Assembly: GCA_051532035.1 (NCBI GenBank)
Contig: JAOPTW010000008.1
Span: forward strand, 1-64,000
Source: Fibrobacterales bacterium
GTDB taxonomy: Bacteria > Fibrobacterota > Fibrobacteria > Fibrobacterales > JAOPTW01
Direction of reading: 5' to 3'
DNA length: 64,000 nt
The position numbers and the translations under genes are program-made. The notes beneath the pieces were generated by a model, which worked only from the letters and a program-made list of their open reading frames with translations, ran no database searches and was not told the DNA's origin. Shown here one piece after another: positions 30,545 through 39,376 of this stretch. Position 1 is the first letter of the stretch; the number at the start of each line of letters is the position of its first letter.

Positions 30545-32260
30545 CTATAACGCAGATGTAAAAGATAACTCTACAGGATTTTCAGGGTCAGTTACATCAT
30601 AGGTATATACTCCATCTTCACTAGTGAGGGTTGCAATGCCTTCAACGACCGAAACAGTTTCAACAATTATTGTATCAAGCTGTGTAATGAGATTAAGCTC
30701 TGAGCCTTCAACAGTAAATATTTTAAACCCAGCACGTCCATCACAAGCATAGAGATACCCATTCACAATTTCAATATCTGTTGGCCCATCCATTGAATAG
30801 GTTTCTTCAATAAGTGGCTCTGATTTATCACTAATATTAACTACGGTTATCCCATCATTTCGACTATAACAACGCTCATTGCCTCCACTCGCGGCATAAA
30901 GATATTCACCAACAAACAGCAACTCATCGCAATAGGTTACCCCTGGTAATGCAGTACTCACACCCGGATTACCAGGCCGTGAAACATCAATAACTGAAAC
31001 CATGTCATAACCCGACACAAAAAGCAAGTCATGAGAGATAGTAACCGACATCACATTCCATCCAAACACTTCACTTTTAGAAAGATACTTAGGAGAGGTT
31101 TCATCCTGAACATTTATAGTAACCATCACTTCCTGACTTACCGCATAAAGATATTCTTCACCAAGGGCAAACATTGCACCATTTGATTCTTCCTCAAAAT
31201 AAGGCATCATAGGTTCTATCATATCGTAATCATTGCCTTCATAATAATCAAGGCTATACATTTCTTCAAAATAAAATTCATTACTACTCTCGTTGTAGAC
31301 AGTAGGATAGAGTTCATTTCTACAATAAACCTCAGTTGTTCTTACTTCATTTACCCCAGATACAAAACCAGAATCCTGTGAAACAATAGGCATTCTTCTG
31401 TATTTATCATTTATTAATATTTCTGGAATATCTTTAAGAAGCGTTACTGCTGTTGGTGTCGTAAAATCAAGTGCCAATAATGTCTCATAACTATTTGCCA
31501 ATAGTGTGTTATTTTTAATTACAAAATCCCTATTACCTGGAATCGCAATAAAGGTAACATAGACCGGATTAACTGGATCACTATTATCATAAACGTGAAT
31601 CCCTTCATTAGCTTCATTCACTAATTTCCAATGACCACTAAGCAAAGTGACTCCCTCATTTTTTGGAGTAACAGCGGGCATATTTTTAATGAGTGCAAGG
31701 TATTCTGCGTAAGGCGTATATAGAGGAAGACTTCGGACATAGTCGTAACTCCCAAGATCATCGGTATTACAAAACCCTGGACTATACACGGTATCCCCTG
31801 AAGTATAGCGACTCTCTACTTTATAGTCATATCCCGTTGTATCAGGGCAATACCATTTCTCATTATCATAATTATACGTTGGGTATGCTTCAAAAAGATC
31901 GCTATAATTACAGCGCTCTCTTTCTGGTACTTCATAGGCGTTGTCAAAATCAAATGACGACTCATAGTAATACCACTCTGAGGAGTACTCTTCACACCAT
32001 CTTTCTCCGGAGCTATAATTACATTCCTCATCGGAATAGTTCTCTGTACTCGACACCTCCGGGACCTGGCCATCTTGAGAACTATAGTCTACAGCAGGGC
32101 AATACTCCTCGCCATCAATTATTTTACAGAGTGATGAGCTACTTGAGATAGAACCTAATTCAACTTCATCAATTTGTGCGGGGGGCTCTTCTGGATTACT
32201 GGAAAGAAAACATCCAGTAAATATTAAAAATAGAGTAAGTATTAATGCCAAGTGTTTCAT
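30545..32260 (-). CDS. LVIVD-repeat lipoprotein 2 (tandem paralog)
   Basis: Lipobox FTGC, GIHVYDNSDPVNP, IPGNRDFVIKNNTLLANSY, LYACDGRAGFKIF. Confidence 0.85.
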   Translation of the reverse strand: MKHLALILTLFLIFTGCFLSSNPEEPPAQIDEVELGSISSSSSLCKIIDGEEYCPAVDYSSQDGQVPEVSSTENYSDEECNYSSGERWCEEYSSEWYYYESSFDFDNAYEVPERERCNYSDLFEAYPTYNYDNEKWYCPDTTGYDYKVESRYTSGDTVYSPGFCNTDDLGSYDYVRSLPLYTPYAEYLALIKNMPAVTPKNEGVTLLSGHWKLVNEANEGIHVYDNSDPVNPVYVTFIAIPGNRDFVIKNNTLLANSYETLLALDFTTPTAVTLLKDIPEILINDKYRRMPIVSQDSGFVSGVNEVRTTEVYCRNELYPTVYNESSNEFYFEEMYSLDYYEGNDYDMIEPMMPYFEEESNGAMFALGEEYLYAVSQEVMVTINVQDETSPKYLSKSEVFGWNVMSVTISHDLLFVSGYDMVSVIDVSRPGNPGVSTALPGVTYCDELLFVGEYLYAASGGNERCYSRNDGITVVNISDKSEPLIEETYSMDGPTDIEIVNGYLYACDGRAGFKIFTVEGSELNLITQLDTIIVETVSVVEGIATLTSEDGVYTYDVTDPENPVELSFTSAL

Positions 32261-32507
32261 ATGTAGTGTCCTTAAATATTAGTGATATAGGTTAATTTTA
32301 GATAAAAAAACTGCAAACCACCAATAACTAAATGACATCTTTTACCAAAAAGCGTTCACAAGAAGTGAGCAGCATTCCTGTTTTCACCCCAAAAACAGTA
32401 ACCGCTCTCAGACTGCGCGCTCTTTTCTCAAATCAAATGATTAAACCCCACTAAAAAGAGCTCAAAGATCACAAATATGCTACATATATAAACTTTTGTA
32501 AAATTAC

Positions 32508-32530
32508 AGTGCTCACAGATTGGGAGCGCT
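32508..32530. promoter_or_regulatory. Palindromic operator candidate AGTGCTC-N9-GAGCGCT upstream of TIGR02147 gene
   Basis: Near-identical arms to 30444-30466. Confidence 0.5.
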
Positions 32531-32601
32531 ATTAGCAACCTATATTAGATACAACCGGTTCGTACGGTATATTAAACCTATACTATGAAAGAGAGTACAT
32601 T

Positions 32602-33435
32602 GTGGTAACTATTTTTGACTACTCTGACTACAGAAGCTATTTAGCTGACTATTATGCAGAACAAAAAGAGTCTAATGCAAAATTTTCCCAACGATATTTT
32701 GCACAAAAGCTCGGCATCAAGTCTTCTGGATTTTTCTCGGATGTCTTAAAAAGCAGACGCAATCTCTCTCAAAAAAACATTGAGCAGTTTACCACTGCTT
32801 TAAAGCTAACCGGAGAGGCACAGTTCTATTTTGAAAACCTCGTTCACTACAACCAAGCAAAAACGGTTGAGGAACAGAAAAAATATTTTCAAAATTTGCT
32901 CATGTGCAAAAAACTGAGTATGGAAGTATTAAATCGCGACCAATATACATTTTACTCAAAATGGCACCACACCGCCATTCGTGAAATACTTTTCTATTTT
33001 AAGTTTAAAGACAACTATAGAGAGCTTGCAAAATCACTTATTCCAGCTATTTCAGAGAACGAAGCCAAAGAGTCCATTAGCCTGTTAGTCAAACTTGACC
33101 TCATTGCCCTCGACAAAAGTGGGTATTACAAACAGACCAATGAAACAATCTCTGCTGGAACTAAGCCCCGGTCTGTTGAAATTGGCAACTTCTTGATGGA
33201 GACCTCTGCACTCGCATCCCAAGCAATTAACAGTATGCCTGCAAAAATGAGAGACACTTCAAGCCTCACTATTAGCGCATCAGATAATGGATTTGAAAAA
33301 ATACAGGCCGTACTGGAAAAAGCACGGAAAGATATCTTAAAGATTGCTCAAAATGATACCCAAGAAAACCGAGTCTACCATATGAATTTTCAATGCTTCC
33401 CGCTCACCAAAGAAAACCACCAGGGCACCGTATGA
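32602..33435 (+). CDS. TIGR02147-family protein (N-terminal HTH-like + DUF4423-like domain), putative regulator
   Basis: IFDYSDYRSYLADYY...FSQRYFAQKLGIKS.GF, YFENLVHYNQAK, FYSKWHHTAIRE, RDTSSLT, VYHMNFQCFPLT. Confidence 0.9.
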   Translation: MVTIFDYSDYRSYLADYYAEQKESNAKFSQRYFAQKLGIKSSGFFSDVLKSRRNLSQKNIEQFTTALKLTGEAQFYFENLVHYNQAKTVEEQKKYFQNLLMCKKLSMEVLNRDQYTFYSKWHHTAIREILFYFKFKDNYRELAKSLIPAISENEAKESISLLVKLDLIALDKSGYYKQTNETISAGTKPRSVEIGNFLMETSALASQAINSMPAKMRDTSSLTISASDNGFEKIQAVLEKARKDILKIAQNDTQENRVYHMNFQCFPLTKENHQGTV

Positions 33436-34334
33436 TACACTTTTCCGCACTTTTCATAGTATTATTTTCTCTTTCTGCATGCTCAGCCATTGGTGATCTT
33501 GCCGGCGGCGGTTCAGATGTATCAAACCCCACAACGCAAGTATCTGAAAACAACTCATCAGAGAGCCTCACACCGGTGAATGACACAGAAAATTTAAGCT
33601 CAACCAATGACACCGATACAGGTCAAAGCGATCAATCCTCAGACTCAAAAATAATTCAGGACAATCAGGAGAATCTATCCGAAGGGGAAGAAACGAATTC
33701 TGAATCTTCAGATACAGGTGACGACTATTCTTCAGAAGGCGATCAGCGAGATTACACTGAAATGAGTTCTGCAGAAGCAAGATATTCAAGTAATCGAGAC
33801 GTCCTCTCATCTATTTCAAGTGCCGATAAAATTGACATCGCTGAACCTCCTCACTCTTCTAACACATCAGAATCCACAGTAAGCTCAGCCATGTCAGATG
33901 CCCCAGAACAATCTTCAGACTTCTCAGCTGGTATAAGAAATAACCAAATATTCTTAGGTGACGTCCTCAGCCCAACTAGTGCATCAAGCGAGAATACAAA
34001 AGCCATAAGCGACACTATTATTACCGGTAACTCAATTGGAGTCCACATGTCTGGAGCCGACACGCTCACTTTTGACATCACTGTTCTCAATTCTCAGACC
34101 TACACTCTCTCACTCCGCGCTATGGGAGCTTTAGGGGCCTCACCATACAGCTTAGCAGTGCCTATAATCTCAACTGACGGCTCTACGAATGCCGCAGTAC
34201 AATTTGAGATCCCTTCAAATGGGAGATGGAATACTGTAGAAAAGAAGCTTCCACTCGATGCAGGAGAATATACGCTTCAATTTATATCACTAAAGGGAAG
34301 TGATTTCACTATCAATTACCTTCTCTTTGACTAA
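33432..34334 (+). CDS. Lipoprotein with AGGGSDVSN motif, Ser-rich stalk and C-terminal CBM6/CBM35-like jelly-roll
   Basis: ATGA overlap with upstream stop; lipobox LSAC; LTFDITV...TYTLSLR...WNTV...LPLDAGEYTLQF...INYL. Confidence 0.75.
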   Translation: MIHFSALFIVLFSLSACSAIGDLAGGGSDVSNPTTQVSENNSSESLTPVNDTENLSSTNDTDTGQSDQSSDSKIIQDNQENLSEGEETNSESSDTGDDYSSEGDQRDYTEMSSAEARYSSNRDVLSSISSADKIDIAEPPHSSNTSESTVSSAMSDAPEQSSDFSAGIRNNQIFLGDVLSPTSASSENTKAISDTIITGNSIGVHMSGADTLTFDITVLNSQTYTLSLRAMGALGASPYSLAVPIISTDGSTNAAVQFEIPSNGRWNTVEKKLPLDAGEYTLQFISLKGSDFTINYLLFD

Positions 34335-34373
34335 GCCCATCGACATCTTTTAAAAGCAAATCACAATTACAGC

Positions 34374-34406
34374 TGGCCACTCTCATTTACATGAGCGGCC
34401 ATTTTT
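34374..34406 (+). terminator. Probable terminator
   Basis: TGGCCACTC...GAGCGGCCA + TTTTT. Confidence 0.55.
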
Positions 34407-34443
34407 CACCCACCGTGAGTAAAATAACAGTGAATTGACTTTT

Positions 34444-34461
34444 ACGTTAATTTTTTCACAT
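34444..34461. promoter_or_regulatory. Rex operator candidate (weaker second site 34413-34430)
   Basis: ACGTTAA-TTTT-TTCACAT vs TTGT(G/T)AA-N4-TT(C/A)ACAA, directly upstream of rex. Confidence 0.55.
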
Positions 34462-34544
34462 TTAATAGTATATTTATGACTTCCGCTTCCCATTGAGATC
34501 TCTCATTGGGCAAAAAACAGCCAACATCTTGTAAAGGAGCACCC

Positions 34545-35183
34545 ATGGAGAATATATCAGCCAAGAGCATAGAGCGTCTCTGTCGCTATCGACAGATTCT
34601 TATGAACTTCCTCTCTCTTGGTAAAACGCATATCTTCTCTCATGAGCTCGCTTCAGATATAAATAGTTCTCCAGCACAGGTACGCAGAGACCTCATGCTC
34701 CTCACCCTCACTGGGTCACCGCAAAAAGGGTACCTAATCAAAGAGTTCCTCCAAGAGATTCGTAAAATTATTGACAGTGATCAAACCCAAAATGCCTGCA
34801 TGATAGGAGTAGGTAATCTTGGTCGCGCAGTACTTACCTATTTTTCGAATCGAAAACCGACTATCTCTATTGTAGCAGCGTTCGATGACGACCCACAAAA
34901 GATCAACCGCGTCATTTCAGGATGTAACAGTTTTCATATTAACACAATGTTGGACGCCATCAAAGAACACAATATAACTATCGGCATTTTAACCGTTCCT
35001 GCATCAGATGCCCAAGCTATCGCCAACACCCTTATCCAGGCGGGTATTAAGGGGTTAGTCAACTTTGCCCCTGTCCACCTTAAAGTACCTAAGGATGTCT
35101 ATCTAGAGAATATTGACATTACAATGGCTATCGAAAAGACTGCTTATTTCGCAAAAGCAAACCAAAAATCCCCAACGGAATAA
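34545..35183 (+). CDS. rex: Redox-sensing transcriptional repressor Rex
   Basis: IERL..YR, FSHELA, QVRRDL, IGVGNLGRA, GIKGLVNFAP; AAGGAG RBS before ATG 34545. Confidence 0.93.
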   Translation: MENISAKSIERLCRYRQILMNFLSLGKTHIFSHELASDINSSPAQVRRDLMLLTLTGSPQKGYLIKEFLQEIRKIIDSDQTQNACMIGVGNLGRAVLTYFSNRKPTISIVAAFDDDPQKINRVISGCNSFHINTMLDAIKEHNITIGILTVPASDAQAIANTLIQAGIKGLVNFAPVHLKVPKDVYLENIDITMAIEKTAYFAKANQKSPTE

Positions 35184-35239
35184 CTCTCTATTTATGCTCC
35201 TTTTTCACGTTTTCAATCTGTTATAAAGTTGTAATTTTG

Positions 35240-35253
35240 TTGATCCCCATCAA
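35240..35253 (+). promoter_or_regulatory. FNR-type box upstream of hydG
   Basis: Perfect TTGAT-CCCC-ATCAA; -10-like TATCTT at 35275-35280. Confidence 0.65.
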
Positions 35254-35321
35254 AGAAAAAACGGCCTTTTTAGGTATCTTTACAGCATAAACAAGAGCAC
35301 TCATTACAAAAGTGGAAGCCC

Positions 35322-36746
35322 ATGAGTACAGAATATAAAAACATAATTGACGACGCTAAGATACGCGAAGAACTTACTAAACCTATTGATACATCTGCAG
35401 AAGCAGTACATGCTGTCCTTGAAAAAGCATCAAAACTTAAAGGCATTGATTACCAAGATGTTCTCACACTTCTTAGGGTAGAAGATGAAGAGCTTACCCA
35501 AGAGATTTTCAGAACCGCAAACTTTGTGAAAGAAGCGATTTATGGTAACCGTTTGGTACTGTTTGCACCAATGTACATCTCAAATCTCTGTAATAATGAA
35601 TGTACCTATTGTGCCTTTAGAAAAGACAACACTAAATTAATACGTCGTTCACTTGAACAACACGAAATCAAGCATGAGACTGAACAACTCATCGCCCAAG
35701 GTCACAAAAGAATGCTTCTTGTCGCTGGTGAAGCCTATGGTAAAAAAGGCCTCGACTATGTTCTCGAGTCAATTAAAACCGTTTACGCAACAAAAACCGA
35801 CAAGGGTAATATTCGCCGTATTAATGTTAATATTGCACCGCTCACTGTCGAAGAGTTTAAAAAACTCTATGAGCACGACATTGGGACCTATCAACTCTTC
35901 CAAGAGACCTATCATAAAGACACCTATGAAAGTGTACATGTTAAAGGCCCTAAATCTAATTATGATTTCCGCCTCCAAGCAATTGACCGTGCATTCGAAG
36001 CCGGTTTTGATGATGTAGGAATCGGCGTACTTTTTGGTCTCTACGACTGGAAGTACGAAATACTTGCACTTCTTCAACACATAAATCACCTAGAGTCTAC
36101 TTTTGGCTTAGGCCCACATACTATCTCGGTACCACGTCTTGAACCTGCCCACGAATCAGACATTAGTGAACAACCTCCGTTTGCAGTGAGTGATGAAGAT
36201 TTCAAAAAAATCATATCAGTTCTCAGACTTGCAGTTCCATACACTGGCATTATCCTCAGTACACGAGAAGATGCTCAAATGCGCCGTGATGCGTTTTCAC
36301 TCGGAATTTCTCAAATTTCAGCAGGGTCAAAAACAAACCCCGGTGGATACGAAGGCGAAGAAGGAACATTCGAAGAAGAGGCAGAAGAAGGAATGGCAGG
36401 ACAATTCTCACTTGGTGATGAACGTCCTATGCTCGATGTACTCAAAGATGTTGTTGATGCCGACCATGTACCATCATTCTGTACCGGGTGCTACCGCCGT
36501 GGACGAGTGGGCGCAGACTTTATGGACCTTGCAAAACCAGGCCTCATAAAAGATCACTGCCTTCCAAACGGCCTCCTTACCTTTGAAGAATATCTACAAG
36601 ATTTTGCAGATGAAGATCTCAAAGCTGACGGAGAGAAGCTTATTCAAAAAATGGTTGATAACGATATTGCAAAAGAGAAGACCAAAAAGCTGACCAAACA
36701 ATATCTTCAAGATATTAAAGACGGCGAACGCGATATTTATTTCTAA
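35322..36746 (+). CDS. hydG: [FeFe]-hydrogenase maturase HydG (radical SAM)
   Basis: CNNECTYC, YQLFQETYH, GPHTISVPRL, C-terminal CX2CX22C, G.RD.YF end. Confidence 0.95.
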   Translation: MSTEYKNIIDDAKIREELTKPIDTSAEAVHAVLEKASKLKGIDYQDVLTLLRVEDEELTQEIFRTANFVKEAIYGNRLVLFAPMYISNLCNNECTYCAFRKDNTKLIRRSLEQHEIKHETEQLIAQGHKRMLLVAGEAYGKKGLDYVLESIKTVYATKTDKGNIRRINVNIAPLTVEEFKKLYEHDIGTYQLFQETYHKDTYESVHVKGPKSNYDFRLQAIDRAFEAGFDDVGIGVLFGLYDWKYEILALLQHINHLESTFGLGPHTISVPRLEPAHESDISEQPPFAVSDEDFKKIISVLRLAVPYTGIILSTREDAQMRRDAFSLGISQISAGSKTNPGGYEGEEGTFEEEAEEGMAGQFSLGDERPMLDVLKDVVDADHVPSFCTGCYRRGRVGADFMDLAKPGLIKDHCLPNGLLTFEEYLQDFADEDLKADGEKLIQKMVDNDIAKEKTKKLTKQYLQDIKDGERDIYF

Positions 36747-36769
36747 TCACCCGTTACTTAAGGAGTTTC

Positions 36770-37864
36770 ATGTCAGGTATTCAAGATATTCTCTATAAGA
36801 GCCACTTTACCCAAAGTGATATTGTGGCTCTTCTCTCAACAACCAATCCCGATGAGATTGAGCTCCTTAAACAACACGCCTACAGAGTTAAAAAAGAGAA
36901 TGTAGGCACTAAGGTTTATTTGCGGGGACTCGTAGAGTTTTCCAATACCTGTGCAAAAAACTGCTACTACTGTGGTATCAGACGTGAAAACGACAAAGTA
37001 CGTCGTTATACCGTTACCGATGATGAAGTACTCGATGCCTTTGATTTCGCTTGGAAAAGTGACTTTGCTTCAGTGGTACTTCAGTCTGGCGAACGCTCAG
37101 ACAAACAGTTTACCGACCGAGTCGAGCGACTCCTTAAAAAAATTAAAAAGCGCACTAATAATGAACTCGGCATTACCCTCTCTTGTGGTGAGCAGTCACT
37201 CGATTCTTATAAGCGATGGTTTGATGCTGGTGCACACCGTTACCTTCTCAGAATAGAAGAATCAAACCCAGAACTCTATAGCAAAATACACCCTAACGAT
37301 GAGCTCCACTGTTTTGATGATAGAGTCAAAGCTTTAGGAGACCTTCGAGAAGCGGGTTTTCAAGTTGGAACCGGATTTATGATCGGTCTCCCTTTTCAAA
37401 CCTTAGAAGACATTGCCAATGACCTTCTCTTTATTCAGGAGTACGACATAGACATGGTGGGTATGGGCCCATATATAGAACATGAAAGCACCCCTCTCTG
37501 GAAATACCGCGATACCCTCTTAAGTAAAGAAGAGCGCTACACCCTCGCTATTAAATGCATCTCAGTACTGCGGATAATGATGAAAGACATAAACATTGCA
37601 TCCACAACGGCACTTGAGACACTCCACCCTGATGGCAGAGAACATGGCCTCATGGCTGGAGCAAATATTGCAATGCCCAACCTTACTCCAAAACAATACC
37701 ATGAAGACTATCTCCTCTATCAAGGCAAACCAGGACTCTTTAAAGAGAAAGATGAAGCTAAAGAGACCATAGAGCGTAAAGTTGCTCACATTGGAGAAAC
37801 TATTGGCTATGGCGAATGGGGTGACTCAAAACATTTCGAAAACCGCCAACCTAAACAACCGTAA
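36770..37864 (+). CDS. hydE: [FeFe]-hydrogenase maturase HydE (radical SAM)
   Basis: RGLVEFSNTCAKNCYYCGIR, GAHRYLLRIE, AGANIAMPNLTP, Y.LYQGKP. Confidence 0.93.
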   Translation: MSGIQDILYKSHFTQSDIVALLSTTNPDEIELLKQHAYRVKKENVGTKVYLRGLVEFSNTCAKNCYYCGIRRENDKVRRYTVTDDEVLDAFDFAWKSDFASVVLQSGERSDKQFTDRVERLLKKIKKRTNNELGITLSCGEQSLDSYKRWFDAGAHRYLLRIEESNPELYSKIHPNDELHCFDDRVKALGDLREAGFQVGTGFMIGLPFQTLEDIANDLLFIQEYDIDMVGMGPYIEHESTPLWKYRDTLLSKEERYTLAIKCISVLRIMMKDINIASTTALETLHPDGREHGLMAGANIAMPNLTPKQYHEDYLLYQGKPGLFKEKDEAKETIERKVAHIGETIGYGEWGDSKHFENRQPKQP

Positions 37865-37876
37865 CCCGAGGCCCCA

Positions 37877-39325
37877 ATGAGAACTGAGAAGGATTTTCTA
37901 GGTGAAGTATCCATCGATAATGGAGCCTTGTATGGTATTCATAGTATTCGTGCTCGAAGTAACTTCCCGCACAACACTCCATTTCCGAAAAGCTGGTATA
38001 CTGCCATTGGTTTGGTTAAAAAAAGTTGCTACGAGACCTATCAAAAGTACGCAAGAGAGATGGGCAAGAAATACCCAGACAATGCATCATCATTTATCTC
38101 AGGCACCACTATCGATGCTCTCACACAAGCTGCTTCCGAAGTCCAAGCCGGTACCCACTTTGAACACTTTATTGTTCCGGGCGTATGCGGCGGAGCCGGC
38201 ACGAGCTTCAACATGAATGTCAACGAAATCATAACTAACCGCGCGCTCCAGCTCCTCGACACTACTCCAGGAACCTATTCAACAATAGACCCTATTGAAC
38301 AGGCCAACATCTACCAATCTACCAATGATGTTATTCCGTCTGCTCTTAAAATAGCGGTAATGACCCTCCTCATTGATCTTGAAAAATCTGTAGACCTCAT
38401 TCGACAAAGCTTTGAAGGTCTTGAACGCGAATACCGCGACACCCTCCGCATTGCCTATACTCAAATGCAAGAGGCAGTGCCCTCTTCTTACGGAAAACTT
38501 TTTAGTACCTATCAAGAAGCTCTTTCACGAGATTGGTGGCGCATATCCAAATGCATGGAACGCATAAAAGTCATTAACATTGGTGGAAGTGCCATTGGTA
38601 CGGGAATTACAGTTCCAAAGTATTTTATTTTTGAAGTGATCGAAAACCTACGTCATGAAACACACCTCCCTCTCAGTCGAGGTGACAATTTACAAGATAC
38701 AACCTGTAACCTTGACCCTTTCGTTGAGGTTCATGCGATTCTCAAATCTCTAGCGGTTAATCTAGAAAAAGCAGCAAACGATATTCGCGCGCTCAGTGCC
38801 GACACCTTTCACGAAAGTGATATGACCATTCCTGCACGTCAGTTAGGCAGTTCAATAATGCCTGGCAAAGTGAACCCTGTTATTGCCGAGTATGTAATAT
38901 CAGTCAGTCATGAAGTCTATGCAAATGATGCAAAACTCACCGCACTCTGTGGCATGGGCTTTCTTGATCTCAACGCCTATATTCCAACTATTGGCACGGC
39001 AATCATTAGTACTATTGAACAGCTCACTGCATCGTGTGACACCTTTCGCACCAACCTTCTTGACGGTCTTACCATCGACAAACAACGTTCTGCCGAACGG
39101 CTCCTCAAAAGCCCCTCAATAGCAACCGCACTCGTCCCCTATATTGGGTATAACAAAGCCTCAGAGATTGCGCACATGATTAAAAATGACCACATTACCG
39201 TTCATGAGGCTGTTGCAAAAACAGGCTACCTACCAACTGCGTCGTTGGATGATATTTTAAACCCCAGTAAACTGTTACAACTGGGGTTTGTCTATAGTGA
39301 CATTAAAAAAGCACACGAGCAATAA
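37877..39325 (+). CDS. aspA: Aspartate ammonia-lyase family protein
   Basis: MRTEKDFLG, GGAGTSFNMNVNE, QSTNDV.P, GSSIMPGKVNP signature. Confidence 0.85.
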   Translation: MRTEKDFLGEVSIDNGALYGIHSIRARSNFPHNTPFPKSWYTAIGLVKKSCYETYQKYAREMGKKYPDNASSFISGTTIDALTQAASEVQAGTHFEHFIVPGVCGGAGTSFNMNVNEIITNRALQLLDTTPGTYSTIDPIEQANIYQSTNDVIPSALKIAVMTLLIDLEKSVDLIRQSFEGLEREYRDTLRIAYTQMQEAVPSSYGKLFSTYQEALSRDWWRISKCMERIKVINIGGSAIGTGITVPKYFIFEVIENLRHETHLPLSRGDNLQDTTCNLDPFVEVHAILKSLAVNLEKAANDIRALSADTFHESDMTIPARQLGSSIMPGKVNPVIAEYVISVSHEVYANDAKLTALCGMGFLDLNAYIPTIGTAIISTIEQLTASCDTFRTNLLDGLTIDKQRSAERLLKSPSIATALVPYIGYNKASEIAHMIKNDHITVHEAVAKTGYLPTASLDDILNPSKLLQLGFVYSDIKKAHEQ

Positions 39326-39376
39326 TAGATCACTCAAACAAAAACTTTGGATGATACGTATACTGAGAGAGATACC

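Noticed and set aside
35322..37864. thiH / bioB annotation for the two radical SAM genes
   Set aside because: C-terminal CX2CX22C, HydE motifs and adjacent hydF identify HydG/HydE
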